Of a DNA stretch of 64,000 bases, positions 32,270 to 42,169 are shown one piece after another. Position 1 is the first letter of the stretch. Each line of letters opens with the position of its first letter. The stretch is taken from the NCBI GenBank assembly GCA_019113295.1, contig DXHR01000011.1:97254-161253 (forward strand). The letters are read 5' to 3'. Made by a program: the position numbers and the translations under genes. Source of the DNA: Candidatus Salinicoccus stercoripullorum (GTDB taxonomy: Bacteria; Bacillota; Bacilli; Staphylococcales; Salinicoccaceae). The notes under the pieces are model-generated. The model worked only from the letters and a program-made list of their open reading frames with translations. It was not told the origin of the DNA and made no database searches.

Positions 32270-33214
32270 TTATGGCAATTGATCAATCTGTTCCTGGTAG
32301 TCCTCTTCAGGAAGGGCGACGTAACCAGTTTCCTGTGCTGCCGTTGCAGCATTTTCAAGAGTGAATTCCATGAAAGTTCTGAAGTCTTCATTGTTTTCAA
32401 GAGATTCATTCTTGGCATAGACATAGAGTGGACGGGACAGTGGATATTGATAGCTTTGTACTGTTTCATCTGTAGGTTCAATTGCTTCCTCGCTGTCAGG
32501 GCCCTGGACAGGTACTGCTTTGAGGGTATCCTCGTTGTTCAGATAGAAACTGTAGCCGAAGAATCCGATTGAATTCGGATCAGAATTGACGGATGAAACC
32601 ACCTGATTCGTATCCTGAATCAGTTCTGCCTGCACATCCTCATCATTCATGACTTCTTCTTTGAAGAAATCATGTGTTCCATGGGACTGATCCGGACCAT
32701 ATGCAGTAATCGGCTCATCCGGAAAGTCTTCACGCACATCGCTCCATGACTCAGCTTCTCCACTGTATATAGTATAGAGCTCATCGAAAGTCAGACTGTC
32801 CACGAAATCGTTCTCCTGGCTGACTGCGATTGTCAGACCGTCAGTACCGACAAGGAACTCTGTATATTCAATCCCGGCTTCTTCCAAAGCTGTAATCTCT
32901 TCTTCTTTAATGTCACGCGAAGCATTTTGGAAGTCAGTTTCGCCTGCAGTGAATCTTTCGAAGCCTGCACCTGTGCCGGAAACACCTATTTCAGCAGCCA
33001 TACCATGCTCAGCATTGAACTCCTCGTTGATGATTTCCATTATTGGAAATACTGTGGAAGATCCATCACCGATGATTGATCCGCCTGTTTCACCTGAAGC
33101 TTTATCGGATTTCTCTTCTCCCTCCGTCGGATCAGAAGCGTTACCTCCGCCGCACGCTGCAAGTATGAACATTACGCCCATCAGCACAGCTGAAAGAAAC
33201 ATACTTTTTTTCAT
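32270..33214 (-). CDS. pstS: Phosphate-binding lipoprotein
   Basis: LAAC lipobox, DGSSTVFP, GTGAGFERF, HGTHDFF, YPLSRPL. Confidence 0.95.
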   Translation of the reverse strand: MKKSMFLSAVLMGVMFILAACGGGNASDPTEGEEKSDKASGETGGSIIGDGSSTVFPIMEIINEEFNAEHGMAAEIGVSGTGAGFERFTAGETDFQNASRDIKEEEITALEEAGIEYTEFLVGTDGLTIAVSQENDFVDSLTFDELYTIYSGEAESWSDVREDFPDEPITAYGPDQSHGTHDFFKEEVMNDEDVQAELIQDTNQVVSSVNSDPNSIGFFGYSFYLNNEDTLKAVPVQGPDSEEAIEPTDETVQSYQYPLSRPLYVYAKNESLENNEDFRTFMEFTLENAATAAQETGYVALPEEDYQEQIDQLP

Positions 33215-33274
33215 TCTTGAATTCCTCCAGTAGAATATATGTGATTTGCTTACATGTTCACTTTAAACCCTGAA

Positions 33275-33313
33275 TGTAAATCTGGAATGAATGATTTGTA
33301 AAGTTTGTGTAAA
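33275..33313 (-). promoter_or_regulatory. Pho box (PhoP direct repeats) upstream of pstS
   Basis: TTTACA at 33308-33313, 33297-33302 and 33275-33280, all in 11-bp phase, with degenerate TTCATT in the fourth slot. Confidence 0.8.
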
Positions 33314-33318
33314 TACAA

Positions 33319-33341
33319 AAACCACCCGGTTCGGGTGGTTT
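33319..33341 (-). terminator. Terminator after the pbp gene
   Basis: AAACCACCCG-gtt-CGGGTGGTTT. Confidence 0.75.
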
Positions 33342-33347
33342 AATGAG

Positions 33348-35537
33348 CTAATCATAGCTTCCATATACAAGTTTTGGATAGAACTCACTCAGTTCATACT
33401 GATGAGCCTGAACTTCGTCAGCACCATGTACTACTTCATAGTATTTGTTGATGACGTCCCTCCCCAGGTATTGGGACGGGAAGAAGGGAATGGTGTTTGG
33501 CGTATTTGGGAAGATTACTGAGAATGCCATTTCAGGATCATCGTAGGGTGCGTAGCCTACATAAGTCTGATTGAGCACCTCATCGCCTTCTTTAAACGCC
33601 TGGGCGGTCCCTGTCTTCCCTGCTGCTTTTGGTTCCAGGGTATGATAGGCATCCCAGCCTGTGCCATATCTGTCTGTCGTCTCGTCATGTGTATTGAAAA
33701 CATCATAGAAGCCGGATTGTATCTGGTTGAGCTGTTCTTCAGTATACGTGACATTATTCAGCACCTTGCCGTTGAATGACTGGAGCACAGGTCCATCGGC
33801 ATTTGAATCGCTGCCTCTTACCTCTTTTCCGAGATGAAGGCGGACCCTCTGGCCATCATTGGCAATAGTTGATACATATTGTGAAAGCTGCAGTGCTGAA
33901 TAGGTATCATACTGCCCGATTGCAAGGTTCAGGTAGTTATCAGGGTTATGTTTCAATTCAGGGCTCAGCCCCGTTGCTTCATTCGGCAGGTCGATTCCGG
34001 TCGAGACTCCAAGCCCGAACTGATTCAGGCCGTTCCTCAACTTGTGGCCCGCTTCTTCTATATCGTTCGGCAGTGACATGCCATCGTAATAATTCAGTCC
34101 GGCTATTCTCATCGCAATTTTATACATATAGACGTTGGAGGATACCATCAATGCCTCCTGGTCATCAATCCTCACACTGCTGTTTCTGTTGAAGAATGAG
34201 CTTTTCGGAGGTGTGCCGGCAAAATTAAGAGGTTCATCAACCATGAATTCACCGGCTTCAAGAATGTCATTCTGATACCCGGCGGTGACCGTGGCACCCT
34301 TGATCGATGAACCGACCGCATAGGTCGATGTCAAAGCACCGTAATTGAAATTGACGATTTCACCTTCGTCATTCAATTGTTTGCCGACCATCGCAAGCAC
34401 TTCACCGTTGTTCGGATCCTGGACAACCAGGACGACGGTGTCCATATGATCCGGTATGATCGTGTAGTCGACATCACCGTTTCGTGCATTGCGGTCTGCT
34501 GCATCCTCCGCCAGCTCCCTCAATGAAGTCAGGTGATATTCAGCAAGTTCCTCAAGTTCCTGCTGAAGCTCTATATCAATCGTAAGATAAAGATCATCAC
34601 CGGCCTTGCCGGGCTTTATGACTTCCTGGTTGATGATTGCGCCGGATTTATCCGTGGAATATTTGACCTGTTCCTTCTCACCGCGGAGTACATTTTCATA
34701 CTGGAATTCCAGATAGGTCTTGCCCACCCTGTCATTCCTGGAGTAACCCCTCGCCATGTAATGGTTGAGCAGTTCTTTGGGAAGCCCTTCTTCAGATGAT
34801 GAAACTTCCCCGAATATTGTTTTCAGGGTGTCATCGTAAGGATAGTGTCTTTGCCAGTCCATCCCTGTAGTAATGCCGTCCAGTTCATCAAGGGATTCAT
34901 TCACTTTTGCAAATTCTTCCTCTGTGACATCACCACTTTTGACAGTGACCGGATTAAGTTCCCTGGCGTTTACCATCCTTACATAGATGGCCAGTGTGTT
35001 CAGATCATCTTCTGTCAGGATCTCATCAGCCTGCTCTTCGTCCAGCTGATTGTAGACTTCCTGTGTGAACTGATCCTGGGTGATATTCCCGTCTTCGAGA
35101 AGTGTCATCTGCTCACTCATGATGGATCCAAGCTCATCCGGGTATTGGCTGATGATGAAATCCTGCTTGTCCCTGAGCGTGATCGATTCAGTATCCATAT
35201 TTATGTAGCCGCTCAATTCGACAGCAAGATCCATGATTTCATTCGATTTCATATTCCTGTGTCTCGTGAAATAAATGGCGCGCTGGGATTCGTTCCCAAC
35301 CAGCAGATTACCGTTGCGGTCATATATTTCACCACGCGGCACACTCTGGTTGATTTCGACGTATTGCGCATTCTCCACTTCTTCCTGGTAGGTGTCCCCT
35401 TCGATAATTTGGAGATAGCCAAGCCTGAAGATGAGTGTAAGACAGAGCAGGAATACTATGATCAGGATTATATTGATCCTGGACTTCAATATTTGTCTGT
35501 TTATGGCTTCAAGGCTTTTTATTTTAGCTCTTTTCAA
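33348..35537 (-). CDS. pbpA: Class B penicillin-binding protein (PbpA/PBP3 type)
   Basis: N-terminal TM, PRGEIYDRNG, SSIK (SxxK), SSN, KTGTAQ motifs; position between pstS and sodA. Confidence 0.9.
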   Translation of the reverse strand: MKRAKIKSLEAINRQILKSRINIILIIVFLLCLTLIFRLGYLQIIEGDTYQEEVENAQYVEINQSVPRGEIYDRNGNLLVGNESQRAIYFTRHRNMKSNEIMDLAVELSGYINMDTESITLRDKQDFIISQYPDELGSIMSEQMTLLEDGNITQDQFTQEVYNQLDEEQADEILTEDDLNTLAIYVRMVNARELNPVTVKSGDVTEEEFAKVNESLDELDGITTGMDWQRHYPYDDTLKTIFGEVSSSEEGLPKELLNHYMARGYSRNDRVGKTYLEFQYENVLRGEKEQVKYSTDKSGAIINQEVIKPGKAGDDLYLTIDIELQQELEELAEYHLTSLRELAEDAADRNARNGDVDYTIIPDHMDTVVLVVQDPNNGEVLAMVGKQLNDEGEIVNFNYGALTSTYAVGSSIKGATVTAGYQNDILEAGEFMVDEPLNFAGTPPKSSFFNRNSSVRIDDQEALMVSSNVYMYKIAMRIAGLNYYDGMSLPNDIEEAGHKLRNGLNQFGLGVSTGIDLPNEATGLSPELKHNPDNYLNLAIGQYDTYSALQLSQYVSTIANDGQRVRLHLGKEVRGSDSNADGPVLQSFNGKVLNNVTYTEEQLNQIQSGFYDVFNTHDETTDRYGTGWDAYHTLEPKAAGKTGTAQAFKEGDEVLNQTYVGYAPYDDPEMAFSVIFPNTPNTIPFFPSQYLGRDVINKYYEVVHGADEVQAHQYELSEFYPKLVYGSYD

Positions 35538-35702
35538 TACAACTCAATCCTTTTTCACATCTCAATCTGTAAAGCTATTCTATCATAAATCCCGGACGGA
35601 GATATTACAATCAATATCTGTTTTTCTGTATTTATAATAGTAATATCTTAACACCATTTATATCATGAGGGGAAACAAACGGATCCATTGACCATGAAAA
35701 CA

Positions 35703-36173
35703 TCACCTGATTGTAAACGGCACGGCTACTGACACCGTATAATCATCAGATGAATGTATGAAAGTTTTCACCAGCCTGTAGTTTCCGGGCGCAAGTTTCA
35801 GATCGAGATCTTCCGGCAAATAATTCTGTTCTATCCCCTCATTCGGTTCCAGCAGCTTTCCTGTATTTTTGAAATCGGGATATTTGGCAAAGATATTCTC
35901 CCTGTATGGCACGATGTGCCACATACCATCCTTCTTATATTCCAATTGGTAGTATGCACCGTAATGATACACCTCACGGCTGTCGTTCAGGAGTGTCACA
36001 TGCATTTTTTCAGGCGTCCCGTAGAAAATATCTTCTTCAAGAGCCATGAAGATACCTTCCGCATGAGCGGGAAGCGACTGGTAAGGCACAGGCTCGGACA
36101 GTATCACTGTGTCTTTTTGCCCGCCGCATCCTGAGATTAACATCATCATTAAGATAAACAGTACTTTTTTCAT
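35703..36173 (-). CDS. Lipoprotein with bacterial Ig-like domain, function unknown
   Basis: MKKVLFILMMMLISGC lipobox; YGAYYQLEYKKDGMW...LAPGNYRLVK beta-sandwich pattern. Confidence 0.7.
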   Translation of the reverse strand: MKKVLFILMMMLISGCGGQKDTVILSEPVPYQSLPAHAEGIFMALEEDIFYGTPEKMHVTLLNDSREVYHYGAYYQLEYKKDGMWHIVPYRENIFAKYPDFKNTGKLLEPNEGIEQNYLPEDLDLKLAPGNYRLVKTFIHSSDDYTVSVAVPFTIR

Positions 36174-36266
36174 AATCCGCCCTTCTCTCAACCGATGGCA
36201 TGGCCACCTTTACTTACATTATAAATAAAGAGCTGTGTAGCGGAATTGACCGGGATCAATTAAAAC

Positions 36267-36296
36267 AAAAAAATGGACGGGAACTGATCCCGTCCA
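36267..36296 (-). terminator. Terminator after sodA
   Basis: TGGACGGGA-actga-TCCCGTCCA with flanking A-runs. Confidence 0.75.
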
Positions 36297-36309
36297 AAAA
36301 TTAATACGC

Positions 36310-36912
36310 TTATTTAGCATTGTTATAAAGTTCGTTGACTTTATCCCAGTTAACAACATTCCAGAATGCTTTGAGGTATTCCGGACGTTTGTTCTGATAC
36401 TTCAGATAGTAAGCGTGCTCCCAGACATCAACGCCGAGGATTGGAGTTTTACCTTCAGATACAGGGTTGTCCTGGTTAGGAGTAGAAACGATTTCAAGTT
36501 CACCGTTGTTTACAACAAGCCAAGCCCAGCCTGAACCGAAACGCGCTGCACCTGCAGCTTCAAATTTCTCTTTGAATTCATCAACTGAACCGAATTTGGA
36601 TTCGATTGCGTCTTTGACTTCACCGGATACCTCTTTTGCGTCCGGAGTGAGAAGTTTCCAGAATAGTGAGTGGTTCAAGTGACCGCCGCCGTTGTTTCTG
36701 ACAGCAGTTTTCTTATCTTCTGGCACTGAATCCAGGTTCTTGATGATGTCTTCAATTGACTTGCTTTCAAGCTCTGTGCCCTGAATAGCATCATTCAATT
36801 TAGTTACATAAGTGTTATGGTGCTTAGAATGGTGGATTTCCATAGTTTCTTTGTCGAAATGTGGTTCCAGTGCATCATAAGCATAAGGTAGTTCTGGTAG
36901 TTCAAAAGCCAT
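36310..36912 (-). CDS. sodA: Mn/Fe superoxide dismutase
   Basis: [36 protein letters not shown]. Confidence 0.98.
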   Translation of the reverse strand: MAFELPELPYAYDALEPHFDKETMEIHHSKHHNTYVTKLNDAIQGTELESKSIEDIIKNLDSVPEDKKTAVRNNGGGHLNHSLFWKLLTPDAKEVSGEVKDAIESKFGSVDEFKEKFEAAGAARFGSGWAWLVVNNGELEIVSTPNQDNPVSEGKTPILGVDVWEHAYYLKYQNKRPEYLKAFWNVVNWDKVNELYNNAK

Positions 36913-37078
36913 AGTAAATTCCCCTCCAAATATTATTGATTACATACTAAATATATCAATTAGATGTTAAAATAACAAATGTATTGATTTATCATAATTC
37001 TTTTCAGACCTTTGTATGATATGAGCCGCGAAGGGAAGAAAGGATTTATACAAATAGTAAAAAGGATAATGCATATCA

Positions 37079-37813
37079 ATGAAATATTTTACATTCTTCA
37101 AGCGCATCGTCACATTTGAAAAGTATCCGCTGTTCAGGACTGTGAACTTCAGGCAGCTCCTCCTGAATATTTTCATCATCTCACTGCTCGTGTCACTCCC
37201 GAATATAATCAGCCTGTTTCAGACAGTGCAGGCAGCATCCGGCATAGGCGACATCGGATCGGATGTCCCGGATTTTGAAATTGTGGATGGTGAGTACACA
37301 GGCGAAACCGGCACACTGTCGGTCGGGGACAGGAAAATCCTGTTCACCGGTGAAACTACTGCAGGAGACACGGGAGAGATTGATGATGATATATTTTTGG
37401 GCTTTCTGAAAGACGGCATCTATATAAAAGATGTACAGAATTCAGACTTCGGCTACTCCCTCATTGGTCAGGTCAAGGATGATGAAGATTTGAAAATGTT
37501 CATCGATCAGCAGACATCCAGCCTTTATTTCTACGTAATGGTCTACAGTGTCTTCTATATACTCCTGATCATGTTCTTTGCGGTTGTACTCATGTCGGCC
37601 GGCAACTATATCCTTCATTTTGCAGCTGAACGTATGCATAAAAAATCCCGTTTTATGAACTGGTTTAAAATATCTTCATTCATCACGGTACTCTCGCTCA
37701 TTCCCATCGTCCTCATCGCACTTTTCACAGGGATGAACCTCTGGTGGCTCTATTTCCTGTCACTGCCTTTCTACAATCATTACTATAGAAAGCTTCCTGT
37801 GATGAAAACGTAA
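37079..37813 (+). CDS. DUF1189-family membrane protein
   Basis: TM, soluble PDFEIVDG domain, then three TM helices; position between sodA and ispG. Confidence 0.7.
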   Translation: MKYFTFFKRIVTFEKYPLFRTVNFRQLLLNIFIISLLVSLPNIISLFQTVQAASGIGDIGSDVPDFEIVDGEYTGETGTLSVGDRKILFTGETTAGDTGEIDDDIFLGFLKDGIYIKDVQNSDFGYSLIGQVKDDEDLKMFIDQQTSSLYFYVMVYSVFYILLIMFFAVVLMSAGNYILHFAAERMHKKSRFMNWFKISSFITVLSLIPIVLIALFTGMNLWWLYFLSLPFYNHYYRKLPVMKT

Positions 37814-37828
37814 TCTTGATGCGCTGCA

Positions 37829-37858
37829 TTTACATTTTCTCATAAAATCTAGTATAAT
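37829..37858 (+). promoter_or_regulatory. SigA-type promoter candidate for ispG
   Basis: TTTACA-18 bp-TATAAT. Confidence 0.55.
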
Positions 37859-37900
37859 AACATTTGATTCAGAGAATCATTAATTATGAGGAGTTTGGTT

Positions 37901-39016
37901 ATGTCTCAAATTACACACCGCACTAAAACCAGGCAGGTCAAAGTTGGTGACCTTACCATCGGCGGCGCCGATCAGATAATCATTCAGAGCATGACAACGA
38001 CGAAAACTCATGATGTTGAAGCGACGGTTGCCGAAATCAACCGGCTGGAAGAAGCAGGATGTCAGGTCGTACGGGTAGCATGCCCGAAAGAGGAAGATGC
38101 CCTTGCGATTCCGGAAATTAAAAAACGCATAAACATCCCGCTCGTTGTTGATATCCATTTTGATTACAAGCTGGCTTTACTTGCTGTTGAAGGCGGCGCA
38201 GATAAAATCCGTATCAATCCGGGGAATATTGGACGCCGTGAAAAAGTGGAAGCTGTTGTTGAAGCATGCAAGGCAAAAGGTATTCCAATCCGCATCGGGG
38301 TGAATGCCGGCAGCCTTGAGAAGCATATCATCAAGAAGTATGGCTACCCTACAGCAGACGGCATGGTGGAAAGTGCTTTACATCATATTAAAATACTGGA
38401 AGAACTCGACTTTCATGACATCATTGTTTCCATGAAGGCTTCGGATGTGAACCTTGCGATTGAAGCATACGAAAAAGCGTCTGCTGCATTCGACTACCCG
38501 CTTCACCTTGGCATCACAGAAAGTGGGACGCTGTTCGCAGGAACCGTAAAGAGTGCAGCTGGTCTCGGAGCCATCATTTCCAAGGGAATCGGCAACACGA
38601 TGAGGGTTTCACTCTCAGCAGATCCTGTTGAAGAAGTCAAAGTGGCAAAGGAAATACTCAAAAGCTACGGACTCGCAAGCAATGCAGCGACACTCATCGC
38701 CTGTCCGACATGCGGCCGTATAGAAATAGACCTCATTGCCATCGCCAATGAGGTCGAGGAATATATCGCCAATATCAAGGCTCCGCTTAAAGTTGCAGTA
38801 CTCGGATGCGCTGTCAACGGTCCCGGGGAAGCGAGGGAGGCGGACATCGGTATCGCCGGTGCGCGCGGAGAAGGCCTTCTGTTCATGCACGGGAAAACTG
38901 TACGCAAAGTCCCTGAAGAGACAATGGTCGAAGAACTCAAGAAAGAGATCGATATTCTTGCAGAAGAGCACTTTGAAAAAGAACGTAAAGCGAAAGAAGA
39001 AGCAGCACAGTCATAG
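37901..39016 (+). CDS. ispG: HMBPP synthase (MEP pathway)
   Basis: [29 protein letters not shown] and GCAVNGPGE Fe-S ligands. Confidence 0.98.
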   Translation: MSQITHRTKTRQVKVGDLTIGGADQIIIQSMTTTKTHDVEATVAEINRLEEAGCQVVRVACPKEEDALAIPEIKKRINIPLVVDIHFDYKLALLAVEGGADKIRINPGNIGRREKVEAVVEACKAKGIPIRIGVNAGSLEKHIIKKYGYPTADGMVESALHHIKILEELDFHDIIVSMKASDVNLAIEAYEKASAAFDYPLHLGITESGTLFAGTVKSAAGLGAIISKGIGNTMRVSLSADPVEEVKVAKEILKSYGLASNAATLIACPTCGRIEIDLIAIANEVEEYIANIKAPLKVAVLGCAVNGPGEAREADIGIAGARGEGLLFMHGKTVRKVPEETMVEELKKEIDILAEEHFEKERKAKEEAAQS

Positions 39017-39023
39017 ATGATGC

Positions 39024-39053
39024 ATGCCGCAGGTTTTAACCTGCGGCATTTTT
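39024..39053 (+). terminator. Terminator after ispG
   Basis: ATGCCGCAGGTT-tt-AACCTGCGGCAT followed by T-run. Confidence 0.8.
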
Positions 39054-39063
39054 CATTATGGAT

Positions 39064-39104
39064 AAAAAAGTCAGGCGGACTTCTGATCTGGTCCGCCTGA
39101 CTTT
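39064..39104 (-). terminator. Terminator after zur
   Basis: AAAGTCAGGCGGAC / GTCCGCCTGACTTT stem with A-run. Confidence 0.8.
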
Positions 39105-39516
39105 ATTTACATGATTTGCACAGTCCGTAAAGCTCAATCTTATGGTTGGTGATTTCGACATCATCCAGTTCATCCGCCCATGCATCGAAAGGACAGTAGT
39201 GGATGACCTTCGTCTCCCCGCAGCAGTTGCATATGAAATGATGATGATGGTGCGTTGTGCATGAAATCTTATACTGCATTTCCCCGTCGAATGTTGTCTT
39301 CTCGAGCACTTCTATATCATTCAGAGTATAGAGATTACGGTATATCGTATCATAACTGATACCCGGGAATTCTTCATTCATCTTTTCCTGAACGTCCCTT
39401 GCACTTAAATACCTGTCTTCTGCGAGAAACAGATCTATCATTCTCATGCGTTTATCTGTGATTTTCAGTTTGTTGTTTTTCAACTTTTCCTTATACTGAT
39501 TCAGTTGCTGTGTCAT
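39103..39516 (-). CDS. zur: Zinc uptake regulator (Fur family)
   Basis: DTIYRNL, HHHHHFICNCCG and C-terminal CKSC; cotranscribed with znuCB. Confidence 0.93.
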   Translation of the reverse strand: MTQQLNQYKEKLKNNKLKITDKRMRMIDLFLAEDRYLSARDVQEKMNEEFPGISYDTIYRNLYTLNDIEVLEKTTFDGEMQYKISCTTHHHHHFICNCCGETKVIHYCPFDAWADELDDVEITNHKIELYGLCKSCK

Positions 39517-40342
39517 TTTTATTCACTCCTATGCGGTCAAGAAGAATTGTAACCAGTAATATCAATATAGAAACAAGGACGATTGTACCACCGGGCGAAA
39601 TGTTGAGGTAGAAACTAAGGAATAATCCGGCGATGACGGACGCCTCCCCTAATATCACGCTCACTATCATGAGCTGCCTGAAGCTCGATGTCACCCGCAT
39701 CGCTGCAGCGACCGGCAGTGTCATCAGGGCACTGACCAGCAGGATTCCGACTATCCTCATTGACGCACTGATGACCAGGGCCACGACAATGATGAACATG
39801 AAGTGAATCCACCGACTGATGTTCATGACGTTCGCATATTCCTCGTCGAATGAAACCAGCAGCATCTCTTTGTAGAAAAGATAGATGAATAAAAGGACGA
39901 CGATGCCGATCACTGCGATCAATATCAGATCGGATATGCTTACCGCACTGATGCTGCCGAACAAATAGCCGAAAAGATCCTGGTCAAAGCCGTCTGCCAG
40001 TGACAGGAACAGTACGCTGAGTGCAATACCGAGGCTCATGATGATCGGGATTGCCAGTTCCTGGTAATGCTTGTAGACGGTTCTCAGGCGCTCTATGCCA
40101 AGGGCCCCGGCCACTGAAAACATGATGCCGGTGAGCAGCGGGTTGATTGTGGCCCCTGTCAGTGAAGAGATGTAGACACCAAAAGTGATGCCCCCCAGAG
40201 TGACATGGCTCAATGCGTCCGCAATGAGTGACAATCTCCTGATCACTATGAATGTTCCGATGAGCGGTGCAATGAGACCGACGATAAGACCGCTCAGAAA
40301 CGAAAATCTCATGAAGTCATATTCCAGCAATGCATGGATCAA
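39491..40342 (-). CDS. znuB: Zinc ABC transporter permease
   Basis: ADALSHVTLGG, YLFGSI, FDEE, VGILLVSALMTLP. Confidence 0.93.
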   Translation of the reverse strand: MIHALLEYDFMRFSFLSGLIVGLIAPLIGTFIVIRRLSLIADALSHVTLGGITFGVYISSLTGATINPLLTGIMFSVAGALGIERLRTVYKHYQELAIPIIMSLGIALSVLFLSLADGFDQDLFGYLFGSISAVSISDLILIAVIGIVVLLFIYLFYKEMLLVSFDEEYANVMNISRWIHFMFIIVVALVISASMRIVGILLVSALMTLPVAAAMRVTSSFRQLMIVSVILGEASVIAGLFLSFYLNISPGGTIVLVSILILLVTILLDRIGVNKNDTATESV

Positions 40343-41121
40343 CTGCAGCACTCCCTCTCATGGTCATGACTGACAAGCTGCAGCGGGAAGCCATATATTT
40401 TGGAAAGTTCAGCCTCGCCAAGATTTTTGAATTCGTGATTTGTACCATGGAAATGCAGATGTTCATTCAGGCATGCCACTTCATCCGCGTGATCGACTAC
40501 GACACCGATGTCATGGGTGACCAGGAGTATGGTCACGGATTTCTCTTTCAGCCTCAGCAGGACATCATAAAATTCCCTGACATGCCTGGCATCGATGCCG
40601 ACAGTCGGTTCATCAAGGACAAGTATGCTCGGATTGCTGATCAGTGCACGTGCGATGAAGACACGCTGTGTCTGTCCGCCAGAGAGCAGAGAAATATTTT
40701 TTTCTTTCAGGTCACTGATATTCAGAAGTTCCAGTACATCGTCCACTTTTTTCCTGTCCTTTTTTCCGAAACGACTGAACAGTCCCTTTTCCTTTGTCAG
40801 ACCGCTCAATACGACTTCACGTACGGTTGCGGGAAAGCCTTTTGAAAAACTGTTGGACTTCTGGGATACGTAGCCCACCTCCTGCCAGGCATCGAAATCC
40901 CTCAGGCTCTTGCCATTGATCAGTATCTCTCCCTTTTGAGGTTTGATGACACCCAGGATCAGCTTGATCAGAGTCGTTTTCCCTGAGCCATTCGGTCCGA
41001 CCAGGGCAACAAAATCACCTTTGTCTATCTTCAGATTGATATCTCTAAGAGCAGGTGTCATTTCCATTTTATCCTTATAAGTATAGGAAAGATTTTTTAT
41101 CTCGAATATCGGGTGCTCCAT
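40339..41121 (-). CDS. znuC: Zinc ABC transporter ATPase
   Basis: GPNGSGKTT, LSGGQTQR, DEPTVGID, VTHD, His-rich tail (LHFHG, HDHERECC). Confidence 0.93.
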   Translation of the reverse strand: MEHPIFEIKNLSYTYKDKMEMTPALRDINLKIDKGDFVALVGPNGSGKTTLIKLILGVIKPQKGEILINGKSLRDFDAWQEVGYVSQKSNSFSKGFPATVREVVLSGLTKEKGLFSRFGKKDRKKVDDVLELLNISDLKEKNISLLSGGQTQRVFIARALISNPSILVLDEPTVGIDARHVREFYDVLLRLKEKSVTILLVTHDIGVVVDHADEVACLNEHLHFHGTNHEFKNLGEAELSKIYGFPLQLVSHDHERECCS

Positions 41122-41157
41122 TCCAATTGCTCCTTTGGATTTAGTCATTACAATATG

Positions 41158-41201
41158 ATACAGTAATCATTACGATTTGTAAATAGGAATGATTACGAAA
41201 T
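41158..41201 (-). promoter_or_regulatory. Two tandem Zur boxes
   Basis: AAATCGTAATGATTACTGTAT (41158-41178) and ATTTCGTAATCATTCCTATTT (41181-41201) versus the Firmicute consensus AAATCGTAATNATTACGATTT. Confidence 0.85.
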
Positions 41202-41235
41202 AAAAAGGCTGCATCCCATCTTGGGGTGCAGCCTT
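41202..41235 (-). terminator. Terminator after nfo
   Basis: AAGGCTGCATCCCA / TGGGGTGCAGCCTT with A-run. Confidence 0.7.
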
Positions 41236-41245
41236 AAAAATGATT

Positions 41246-42154
41246 TTATTGTACAGCATCTTTTATATCCGGGTTGATCTGCTCTTTCAGGTCAGGTACG
41301 AATTTACCATTTCTAATCATTTCTATCTCAAGTTTGTACGGTGCATTCCTGTTCTTCTTATCCGGTCCGACGAAAGGTGTCTCAAGTATTTTAGGAATAT
41401 CCTTGAATTCCGGATGATTGATGATATAGCTCAGTGCATCAAAACCGATATGTCCGAAGCCGATATTTTCATGGCGGTCTTTGTGTGCCCCCCGTTCATT
41501 CTTGGAGTCGTTGATGTGCAGCACTTTGATCCTGTCGATTCCGATTGTCTTATCGAATTCTTCAATGACACCGTCGAAATCATTTACGATGTCATATCCT
41601 CCATCGTGTACATGGCATGTGTCGAAACATACGCTCAGACGGTCATTGTTTTCAACTCCGTCGATGATGTGTGCAAGCTCTTCAAAAGTCCTTCCCACTT
41701 CAGATCCTTTGCCCGCCATCGTTTCCAGGGCAATCTGTACATCCTGTTTGGAGGAAAGAACTTCATTCAGCCCTTCGATGATGGACTTGATTCCACGGTC
41801 CGCCCCTGTCCCGACATGGCTTCCCGGGTGCAGGACGATCTGTTTCGCGCCAAGATGTTCCGTGCGGACGATTTCCTCCTGGAGGAATTCAACTCCGTGT
41901 TCAAACACGCCCTCACGTTCGGAATTCGCTATATTGATGATGTAAGGAGCATGCACGACGATGTTTGAGATGCCGTGTTCCTCCATGTGTTTTTTACCGG
42001 CTTCGATATTGAGGTCTTCGATTTTCTTCCTGCGTGTATTCTGCGGTGCACCGGTATAGATCATGAATGTATTTGCACCATAGCTGTCCGCAGACATACT
42101 CGCCGCTTCCAGCATCTTCTTGCCGCTCATTGATACGTGTGAACCTAAAAGCAT
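41246..42154 (-). CDS. nfo: Endonuclease IV
   Basis: [47 protein letters not shown]. Confidence 0.97.
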   Translation of the reverse strand: MLLGSHVSMSGKKMLEAASMSADSYGANTFMIYTGAPQNTRRKKIEDLNIEAGKKHMEEHGISNIVVHAPYIINIANSEREGVFEHGVEFLQEEIVRTEHLGAKQIVLHPGSHVGTGADRGIKSIIEGLNEVLSSKQDVQIALETMAGKGSEVGRTFEELAHIIDGVENNDRLSVCFDTCHVHDGGYDIVNDFDGVIEEFDKTIGIDRIKVLHINDSKNERGAHKDRHENIGFGHIGFDALSYIINHPEFKDIPKILETPFVGPDKKNRNAPYKLEIEMIRNGKFVPDLKEQINPDIKDAVQ

Positions 42155-42169
42155 TTCATACCATCCTTT

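Noticed and set aside
35630-35715. Plus-strand TATAAT and GAGGGG suggesting a small gene
   Set aside because: Downstream ATGs give only 5-8 codon frames with poor RBS spacing.
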